Part shown: positions 17,373 through 24,616 of the stretch, piece by piece | Layout: each line of letters opens with the position of its first letter | Numbering within the stretch: the stretch's first letter is position 1 | Assembly (NCBI GenBank): GCA_031458695.1 | Contig: JAVKJW010000008.1 | Location: 21,100-85,099 of the forward strand | DNA: 64,000 bases | Source of the DNA: Candidatus Thermofontivivens primus | GTDB taxonomy: Bacteria > Sysuimicrobiota > Sysuimicrobiia > Sysuimicrobiales > Thermofontiviventaceae | Direction of reading: 5' to 3' | Made by a program: the position numbers and the translations under genes | The notes under the pieces: generated by a model | Seen by the model: only the letters and a program-made list of their open reading frames with translations | What the model was told of the DNA's origin: nothing | Databases searched by the model: none

Positions 17373-18572
17373 ATGGCGCTTCCACGCCTCCGGCGTTTTG
17401 ACGCATATCCTGTTCGCCTTAACGGCCGGGACTTCATCTGCCTGCGCGACCTGGAAGGTGTGCTCGATGAGCCAGTCCTCCTCTCGCCGCAGGCGTTTCT
17501 GGTTGCTACCCTCCTGGACGGGCAACGAGACGTGCTCGATATCCAGGCGGAGTATGCCCGGCGGTCGGGCGGAGATCTCCTCCTTTCCTGGGATCTCCAG
17601 AGGATCGTGGAAGAGCTGGACCGATACGGCCTTCTAGAAACTCAGACGTTCACAGAGCGCCGCAAGCAGTTGGAGGAGTCCTTCCGGAACGCACCGATCC
17701 GGTCTCCCTATCACGCTGGCAAGGCCTACCCATCGGATCCCGACGTCCTGCGCACACAGCTCTCAGGGTATTTCGCAACGGTAGATCCCCGGGAGCTCAA
17801 CGGTCTCAAGCCGCGCGGAATTATCGTGCCGCACATCGACTTCGCCCGCGGCGGTTGGTGCTATGCTTGGGGATACGCTACCCTTCATCCGTATCAGCGG
17901 AGGACATACATTGTGCTTGGGGTTGCCCATTCCGGGCCACCCGTGCCGTTCGTGCTCACGAGGAAACCTTTCCAGACGCCCCTCGGCGTGATGGAGGTGG
18001 ATCAGAACCTCGCGGATGCACTCCAGAGGGAAGCGGGCGACCTTACAGAGTACGAGGCGATCCACCGCACCGAACACTCGGTGGAGTTCCAAGTTCTCTT
18101 CCTTCAGCACATGGCGGGAAGCCGTCCCATACGTATCCTTCCGCTCCTGTGTGCAAACCTAGAAGAATGGGCAAAGGAAGGTTCCCCACGCGACGTGGAG
18201 GCGATCGAGCGGGTGATCCAGGTGCTCCGTGACCTAGTGCTGCAGGCAAGGGGAGAAATTGGGGTGATCGCGAGCGTGGACTTCAGCCATGTCGGCCCGC
18301 GCTTTGGAGACGTCGAACCTGTCGGGCCCGCTCTTGCTTCGCGGACCTCGCTGGATGATCGGGCGGCGCTAGAGGCCATTGTCCGCGGCGATGCTGAGGA
18401 GTTCTGGAGGACGATCACTAGGAGAGGGAACCCAAACCGCATCGACGCCCTCTCTGCTGTGTACGTGGCGTTGCGACTTCTCGAACCTGTGCAAGGGAAG
18501 CTCCTCCGCTATGGCCAGGCTCAGGATCCCGCGGGCGGCCTTGTCTCCTTCGCGAGCCTCGCCCTCCTGTAG
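17373..18572 (+). CDS. MEMO1/AmmeMemoRadiSam protein B family, with N-terminal extension
   Basis: IVPHIDF, LGVAH, HRTEHSVEFQ and SVDFSHVG motifs. Confidence 0.88.
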   Translation: MALPRLRRFDAYPVRLNGRDFICLRDLEGVLDEPVLLSPQAFLVATLLDGQRDVLDIQAEYARRSGGDLLLSWDLQRIVEELDRYGLLETQTFTERRKQLEESFRNAPIRSPYHAGKAYPSDPDVLRTQLSGYFATVDPRELNGLKPRGIIVPHIDFARGGWCYAWGYATLHPYQRRTYIVLGVAHSGPPVPFVLTRKPFQTPLGVMEVDQNLADALQREAGDLTEYEAIHRTEHSVEFQVLFLQHMAGSRPIRILPLLCANLEEWAKEGSPRDVEAIERVIQVLRDLVLQARGEIGVIASVDFSHVGPRFGDVEPVGPALASRTSLDDRAALEAIVRGDAEEFWRTITRRGNPNRIDALSAVYVALRLLEPVQGKLLRYGQAQDPAGGLVSFASLALL

Positions 18573-18640
18573 AGAGGCGGGCGCTTCCTTTGACGACCTT
18601 TCCTAAAGGACCTCCACACCAAAGAGCATGGTGGTGAGGG

Positions 18641-19126
18641 TCAGAATGTAGCAAAGGGGACGATTCCTGTCTCGCCGATAGCATAGATCACCAGAGGGCC
18701 CTGGCGCGCACCGTCCATGCCCGGTGATCCTGGAGGCATTCCCGGCAAGGCGATACCTTTGATCTTCGGCTTCGTCTGGAGCAGCTTTGTAATCGCTGCG
18801 GCAGGGACGTGCCCTTCTACGAAATAGTTTCCCATGATCAGGGTGTGGCAGCTGCGCATACTCTGTGGAATTCCCCATCGATCCTTAATCTTCTCAGGAT
18901 CCTGCACCGGCATCAACCTGATGCCGAAGCCCGCGGACGTGAGGTAATCCGCGTAGCTCCTGCAGCACCCTCAGGTGGGGGAGAAGTAGATGTCCCCCAC
19001 GATAGGTTTCCCCGGTTGCGCAGCACGTGCACTCTCCAGGAGCTGTGGGGACAGGGCTGCAAGCATTGCGGTGATCACTCCGACCAGCAGGGCTGCTTGC
19101 ACAGCGCGCTTCTGAGCGGGACGCAT
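18641..19126 (-). CDS. DUF411/CopG-like secreted metal-binding protein with in-frame UGA at codon 52 (candidate selenoprotein)
   Basis: GGAGGT RBS, ATG 19126, signal peptide, then YFSPT-TGA-GCC continuing in frame to SCHT, EGHVP and GMPPGSPGM; 161 aa if read through. Confidence 0.8.
18926..18960 (-). other. SECIS-like hairpin 10 nt after the UGA
   Basis: GGAGC-U-A-CGCGGA [UUACCUCACG] UCCGCG-G-GCUUC; the loop lacks a G at its 5' positions. Confidence 0.45.
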
Positions 19127-19153
19127 GCACGTACCTCCTCGCAAGTGATCTCA

Positions 19154-19175
19154 CAAGAATCCCCCAGGATTCTTG
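19154..19175. promoter_or_regulatory. Palindrome upstream of the DUF411 gene (possible operator)
   Basis: CAAGAATCC-N4-GGATTCTTG. Confidence 0.4.
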
Positions 19176-19195
19176 CGGGGGCCTCGACACGAGAT

Positions 19196-19231
19196 GGGGC
19201 GGCCCTTGGGCCTCGGCCCAGGGCGCGCCCC
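19196..19231. terminator. GC-rich hairpin, possible terminator of the upstream gene
   Basis: GGGGCGGCCCTTGGGCC-TC-GGCCCAGGGCGCGCCCC; no U-tract. Confidence 0.35.
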
Positions 19232-19316
19232 TTCCCAAGGTCATTCGGAGTACCCCGGCAAAACTCCTTCGACTCCTGCCGGGGCTCACCTGAAAAATCG
19301 GGGATACTTGGACGCA

Positions 19317-20036
19317 CTAGTCAAGCTCCTTCTCCCGGATAAAGTCCCCGTGCCAGTAGTGGTACCACACCGCGCCTGTGTAGCCGTTGACGCTGAGCAT
19401 GCCTACAATCTTCCCCCCACGGGCCACGTGGATCGTATAGTACCCGTAAAAGGTGTGGACATCCTCCGCGGTCGCCCCGGGCATGACCGTTGCAAGGTAG
19501 CGGTTGGCGATCTGCTTCGCCTGTTCCTTCGTCACGGGCATGGCTGAGGGCGGAGTGATCCGTGTAGGCGCTTGGTACCCCCACCGTGGGCCCCAGCCAA
19601 AGCCACCCATCATACCGTAGCCACCTCGCCAAGCAACCATATGACCGTATTTCGTGTTCCACATCATATTCGGGCCAGGCTCGGGGTAGACAGCACCGGT
19701 GAATCGATCGACGAGTAGCTCAAACGCGCCGATGCCGGTGCTTTTCTCCTTCACGACGACGTAGAAATTCCGAGTGAACTCCATGATCTCTTCCAATATG
19801 AGGTCAGGGTTGCCATAGGAGGCAACAGCCTGCCGGGCAATCTCCACGGCGCGTTCCAGCGAAATCGGCTGGGCATTCGGGGGAACTGCTCCCCAAAAGC
19901 CAAAGTGGGGACACGCCCCAGGACCGTATCCCCCCATCATCCATGGGCCAGGCCAATACGGCTGGGCAAATACGGGGATTGCAGAAACGAGTACCCCTGC
20001 GATGGCAAGGATCCAGGCGAACTTCTTCACCCTCAT
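19317..20036 (-). CDS. Secreted Met/Gly/His-rich protein with PepSY-like repeats
   Basis: Signal peptide ending VFA; MMGG tracts, GPNMMWNTKYGHM, WYHYWHG; two AxxIA helices. Confidence 0.7.
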   Translation of the reverse strand: MRVKKFAWILAIAGVLVSAIPVFAQPYWPGPWMMGGYGPGACPHFGFWGAVPPNAQPISLERAVEIARQAVASYGNPDLILEEIMEFTRNFYVVVKEKSTGIGAFELLVDRFTGAVYPEPGPNMMWNTKYGHMVAWRGGYGMMGGFGWGPRWGYQAPTRITPPSAMPVTKEQAKQIANRYLATVMPGATAEDVHTFYGYYTIHVARGGKIVGMLSVNGYTGAVWYHYWHGDFIREKELD

Positions 20037-20102
20037 CACCCCTTCCTTGGTAGTCTTATCTCTGAGGTCATCCCCCTCCACTACTGATCCTACGAGAGGG
20101 AT

Positions 20103-20142
20103 ATGAAGAATCTTTGAAGGGAAAATGGGAAGATTGTGAAAG
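20103..20142. promoter_or_regulatory. Four direct repeats at 11-bp phase (OmpR/CopR-like sites)
   Basis: TGAAG 20104, TGAAG 20115, TGGGA 20126, TGAAA 20137. Confidence 0.5.
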
Positions 20143-20300
20143 GGCTTCAGGTGGTGTCTGAGAGAGGGAAGCGGCGAAATGCCTGCTACCACCTACACCG
20201 AACCAGTACACAAGAAGGTGGGCGTCCTATCCTCGGAAATCTTCCCCAAAAATCGGGTCTTCGCCCGATGGTGAGCGTGTCCATTGTGGAGTATCTTTTC

Positions 20301-20337
20301 TTAGGAGATCCTTACGAATCCTGATAGGGTATCCTTA
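20301..20337. promoter_or_regulatory. Tandem DtxR/MntR-type boxes upstream of feoA
   Basis: TTAGGAGATCCTTA (20301-20314) and ATAGGGTATCCTTA (20324-20337) resemble TTAGG-N4-CCTAA. Confidence 0.6.
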
Positions 20338-20344
20338 GAAAGCG

Positions 20345-20605
20345 ATGCGGCGGCTAGCGGAGCTCAAACCTGGAGAGAGGGGACGCATCCTGGAGGTTAT
20401 CGCAATGGCAGAATCCCTCGCCGCCCTGGGGTTCATCCCGGGGGCCACAGTACGAGTCCGCCAACGGGTCCGCGGGGGTCCTCTCCTTGTGGATCTTGGT
20501 GAATCGATGTACGCCCTCGGTCGAGAGATAGCTGCCATGGTTGCGGTAGAACCAGAGATGGACTGTCTCGGTCCAAGAAGAGGAACCAGTCAGAGAGGGA
20601 GATGA
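20345..20605 (+). CDS. feoA: Ferrous iron transport protein A
   Basis: LAELKPGERG...LGFIPGATV...GPL...ALGREIA; precedes feoB. Confidence 0.9.
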   Translation: MRRLAELKPGERGRILEVIAMAESLAALGFIPGATVRVRQRVRGGPLLVDLGESMYALGREIAAMVAVEPEMDCLGPRRGTSQRGR

Positions 20606-22611
20606 GGCATTCCTGTCACTCTCCCACCACAACGATCCCCTTTTTGAGGTCTGCCCAGGACCTTCCTGTTGTTGCTCTCGTGGGAAACCCGAACTCGGGG
20701 AAGTCCACACTTTTCAATGCGCTCACCGGGTCATGTGCCGAAACGGCGCACTATCCGGGAACCACAGTGGAGATCCTCACAGGTCTTGTCCCGCTCGGGG
20801 ATCGACAGATCATGCTGGTAGACCTGCCTGGCTTGTATACCCTGCGGGGAGGAGGGGAGGAGCGGCAAGTCGTGCGCGAGGTGCTGCGTTCTGGTGTGGA
20901 CGCAGTAGTTGCTGTGGTGGACGCGACGAACCTGGCGCGGCATCTCTACCTTGTTTTAGAACTGCGGTCCCTCGGTCTCCCCCTGGTCGTGGCCTTGAAC
21001 ATGATTGACCTCCTGACGTCGCAGGAAGGAAGGGTTGACGTCAAGGAGCTCGAGCGCCTCCTCGGAGTCCCTGTCATTCCTACCATTGCCACCACAGGGC
21101 AGGGAGTAGACAAGGTCGTCCAGAAGATCCTCTCCATCACTTCCAGCCCTCCTCCTGCAGTGGCCTTCCTGGGTCCGGAGCTAGATGATTCGATCGAGAA
21201 GTTGGGCGATGCTCTTGAGGGATATCCGCTCCCTCCAGGGCTTTCCCGTCTTTCTGTCGCACTGTTGCTCTTGGAAGGAGATCCAGAGGTCACCTCGTTC
21301 TTCTCCAGCCGCCCGGGAATGGAGGGCATACTCCAGCAGGTCGTGGAGACGCAGGAGCGCCTAGAGGAAACCTTAGGGATGCCCTTGGCCGTTGCAATAG
21401 CTGCAGCCCGCCACAGGGTCGCCGATCACATTGCGAAGCAGGTGGTGAAACCTGGCGTTCGTCGGGAGAGCTGGCTATGGTCCTTGGCGATCTCTCCCCG
21501 CGCGGGCGTCTTCTTCCTCCTGGGTGTCCTGGCGATCTTGTTCACCGTCTTGTTCTGGGGTGGAAACTTCCTTTCTACGCTTCTCAGCGCAGGCTGGGCA
21601 ATGGCTGTCTCCCCGTTCCTCCAAACGGCTGCGCGGGCGATGTTCGGTGAAGGAGTGATCGGCAGGACGGTCCTGTGGGGAGTCGACGCGGGCCTTCTTG
21701 CAGCTCTTTCGGTAGGGATTCCCTATGTCCTCACTTTTTACATCCTCCTGGCGTTCCTGGAGGATACCGGATTCCTCAACGCCATGGCTTTCCTTGCGGA
21801 CCGACTCATGAGGAGTTTCGGTCTCCATGGTCGGGCCATCATTCCTCTCGTGGCCGGGGCAGGGTGCAACGTGCCCGCCATCATTGGCACGCGCGTGCTG
21901 CCGACCATGCGAGAGCGGACCATCGCCTCCACCCTGATCACCCTTGTTCCGTGCAGCGCGAGAACGGCTGTGATCTTGGGCGCCGTTGCCCTCTCCCTGG
22001 GTATCCTCCCTGCACTTGCGCTCTACCTCCTCGTCCTAGGGGTGATCGTCCTCGTAGGGTGGGGTCTTGGGAAGGTATTGCCTGGACAAGCCTCGCCTCT
22101 CGTCATGGAGGTGTTCCCTTTTCGTAGGCCGGTGGTCAGGGTCTTGTGGAGAAAGACATGGGCTCGGTTCAGGGAATTCCTCATCGTGGCCCTCCCCTTG
22201 GTGATGGTGGGGAGTATTGTCCTGGGTGGTCTGTACGAGAGTGGTCTCATCTGGAAGCTGAGCAGGCCTCTCGCTCCCGTCGTAGAAGGCTGGCTAGGGC
22301 TCCCTGCGGTGGCTGGGTTGACCCTCGTCTTTGCCGTGCTCCGCAAGGAGCTGGCACTCCAGCTCCTCGTAGCCCTGGCCATCGTGCGCTACGGGCCAGG
22401 AGCGGAGAGCCTCCGGGCTTTTTTGAATGGGCGCCAGATTTTTGTCTATGCCCTCGTGAACACCCTGTACATCCCGTGCATCGCCACGATTGCAGTTCTT
22501 GCAAGAGAGCTGGGGTGGAGACGCGCCCTCCTGATCTCCACCTTTACCGTGGCCCTGGCGGTGGCTATCGGGGGCGTCGCCAATAGGCTGATCCTGTGGT
22601 GGGGAGCTTAG
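20602..22611 (+). CDS. feoB: Ferrous iron transport protein B
   Basis: GNPNSGKST, DLPG, NMID, GCNVPA, PCSAR and LYIPC motifs. Confidence 0.95.
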   Translation: MRHSCHSPTTTIPFLRSAQDLPVVALVGNPNSGKSTLFNALTGSCAETAHYPGTTVEILTGLVPLGDRQIMLVDLPGLYTLRGGGEERQVVREVLRSGVDAVVAVVDATNLARHLYLVLELRSLGLPLVVALNMIDLLTSQEGRVDVKELERLLGVPVIPTIATTGQGVDKVVQKILSITSSPPPAVAFLGPELDDSIEKLGDALEGYPLPPGLSRLSVALLLLEGDPEVTSFFSSRPGMEGILQQVVETQERLEETLGMPLAVAIAAARHRVADHIAKQVVKPGVRRESWLWSLAISPRAGVFFLLGVLAILFTVLFWGGNFLSTLLSAGWAMAVSPFLQTAARAMFGEGVIGRTVLWGVDAGLLAALSVGIPYVLTFYILLAFLEDTGFLNAMAFLADRLMRSFGLHGRAIIPLVAGAGCNVPAIIGTRVLPTMRERTIASTLITLVPCSARTAVILGAVALSLGILPALALYLLVLGVIVLVGWGLGKVLPGQASPLVMEVFPFRRPVVRVLWRKTWARFREFLIVALPLVMVGSIVLGGLYESGLIWKLSRPLAPVVEGWLGLPAVAGLTLVFAVLRKELALQLLVALAIVRYGPGAESLRAFLNGRQIFVYALVNTLYIPCIATIAVLARELGWRRALLISTFTVALAVAIGGVANRLILWWGA

Positions 22612-22623
22612 GAGCAGAGGGGC

Positions 22624-22821
22624 ATGGGAGCAGAGGGGCGGAGGATCAAGGGAGCACAGGGGGAAACGAGGATCATTTGTCCTTTATGCGGGGCCCTCTT
22701 CGACCCGGCCGATTTACGAACGTGCCAGCTCTGTCCCCTGGGAGGTTCGTGTGACTTGGTGATGTGCCCAAGGTGCAACTACGAGTTCCCGCTAGAAGAG
22801 AGAGGTAGACTACCGTCCTGA
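22624..22821 (+). CDS. Small Cys-rich protein downstream of feoB
   Basis: 7 Cys (CPLC...CQLCPLGGSC...CPRC); GGAG RBS. Confidence 0.7.
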   Translation: MGAEGRRIKGAQGETRIICPLCGALFDPADLRTCQLCPLGGSCDLVMCPRCNYEFPLEERGRLPS

Positions 22822-22839
22822 CACCTGACGACTGGAGTT

Positions 22840-23226
22840 CTACGACGTCCTCGGTTGCAGGGGGCATAGGGTTCCTCGCCAGAGCTTCTTCCCCCGTGCC
22901 CACTCCATCCACGCCTCATCTCCGAGCTCTGCCCTCTTCGCCGCAGACTCGATGCGAAGGCGTGGAGGTTGGTCGTGGGCCGCGAAGGAGATGAGCAGTT
23001 CGCAGGGGAATTCGGGACAGACCCCGCAGTGCGCTACCCCACGCTCCTTAGCGCACTGGTAAATGGGGCAGATGTTCCGGAACTCCACCATCTCCTGGAG
23101 GGTACACGCGGGGACGTATTCCTCATACCAGGGATCGCCTTCTGCGAAGACACCACAGACTCCAGCGAAGCGAAGCTCCCCTAGCTCCGCCTGTGCTTTT
23201 TCGATGAGCTCTCGCGATGAGGCCAT
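22840..23226 (-). CDS. DUF3795-like Cys-rich protein
   Basis: CPIYQC...HCGVCPEFPC; GGAGG RBS before ATG 23226. Confidence 0.7.
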   Translation of the reverse strand: MASSRELIEKAQAELGELRFAGVCGVFAEGDPWYEEYVPACTLQEMVEFRNICPIYQCAKERGVAHCGVCPEFPCELLISFAAHDQPPRLRIESAAKRAELGDEAWMEWARGKKLWRGTLCPLQPRTS

Positions 23227-23442
23227 CGCCTTTTTCCTCCTCCCCTGGTGCCGTTTCCACTTCCACCATAGTCCAATTGGATCACTTCTGGTATCCGGCG
23301 AAGAGAGTATTTCCCCTGCCCTCCCTACGGTATATCTTTGTTCCCACCGAACTCGCCCCATCAAGAACCTTCTTGAATGGAGGAAAGCCCCTCCGCGCGA
23401 GAGAAATGAACCCCAAACGCTTTATCTCAGGCGGTGGTGAGG

Positions 23443-24573
23443 ATGGCACGGACTGCAGATGCCGTAATCGTCGGAGGAGGAGTCATCGGATGTGTATGTG
23501 CCTACCATCTGGTGTGCGCAGGTGTGAGGCGGGTAGTGGTCCTGGAGCGGGGAGAGGTCGGTGGGGAGGCGAGCGGTGCCTCAGCTGGGATGCTTGTCCC
23601 CCAGAGCGAGGCGAGCGGTCCCGGTCCATTTCTAGACCTGGGCCTCTTCAGCAGGAGTCTCTTCCCCAGGCTCCGGGACGAGCTGCGCGAGCGGGCGGGA
23701 GTGGACATCGAATACCTCCCCTGGGGGACCCTCCTCATCTTCGAGGAAGGAGAGGAGGAGGCTGCTCTGGGCCGTCAGTCCTGGCAGAAGTCCCTAGGCC
23801 TTCGTGCGGAAGTCCTTCCACGGGAGGAGGTATTGCGGCTTGAGCCCGCTCTTCGGGGGGACATCGGCGGTGCCCTCTTCCTTCCTGACGACCACCACCT
23901 CAACAATGTCGAACTCGTACGGGCCCTGGCGACGGCTGCTCGATCCCTGGGGGCGACGATCCTTGAACACACCCCTGCCCTGGAGCTCCTTGTGGAAGGG
24001 GATCGGGTCATCGGAGTGAGGACCCCGGAGGATTCCTTCCTCTGTGGGACTGTCATCCTCGCCAATGGGTGCTGGACTCCTGAATTGACACGCCCCTTGG
24101 GGCGGCCGCTTCCTGTCCAGCCCGCCCGCGGCCAGATCGTCTACACTGAACTGCCGCACTTTCTGCTCCATCATGTGGTTTGGGGGAAGGGTGGGTACCT
24201 CGTCCCCAGGCTCAACGGGGGGATCCTCGCCGGAAGCACGGTGGAATTCGTAGGCATGGATAAGAGAGTCACCTTGGAGGCGGTCAGCCAGCTCAGCGCC
24301 ATGGCTTTTGAGACGATCCCTGCTTTGCGGAGCGCCCCCTTGATCAGAGCGTGGGCTGGGCTCCGTCCACATTCCCCTGACGATTTGCCTCTGATTGGTC
24401 CTCTCCCTGGTGTAGAGGGTCTTGTGGTAGCGACGGGCCACTTCCGCAACGGGATCCTGTTTGCCCCCCTCACGGGGATCCTAGTGAAAGAGATGGTTCT
24501 TGGTGAACCGCCGTCGGTCGACCCCTCCCCGTTGAGTCCAGGCCGCTTCTTCCACTCCAGCAAAATCTCCTGA
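23443..24573 (+). CDS. thiO: Glycine oxidase ThiO / FAD-dependent D-amino-acid oxidase family
   Basis: GGGVIG, ASGASAGML, WAGLRP and GHFRNGIL motifs. Confidence 0.8.
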   Translation: MARTADAVIVGGGVIGCVCAYHLVCAGVRRVVVLERGEVGGEASGASAGMLVPQSEASGPGPFLDLGLFSRSLFPRLRDELRERAGVDIEYLPWGTLLIFEEGEEEAALGRQSWQKSLGLRAEVLPREEVLRLEPALRGDIGGALFLPDDHHLNNVELVRALATAARSLGATILEHTPALELLVEGDRVIGVRTPEDSFLCGTVILANGCWTPELTRPLGRPLPVQPARGQIVYTELPHFLLHHVVWGKGGYLVPRLNGGILAGSTVEFVGMDKRVTLEAVSQLSAMAFETIPALRSAPLIRAWAGLRPHSPDDLPLIGPLPGVEGLVVATGHFRNGILFAPLTGILVKEMVLGEPPSVDPSPLSPGRFFHSSKIS

Positions 24574-24616
24574 TGCGATGTTGCTAGGACCTCATCCTCC
24601 AGGGCGGAGCTAGCGG

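Noticed and set aside
18641..18916. Stand-alone 91-aa ORF or frameshifted pseudogene
   Set aside because: It is in frame with the upstream RBS, ATG and signal peptide, and the only interruption is one TGA (a nonsense mutation is not fully excluded)
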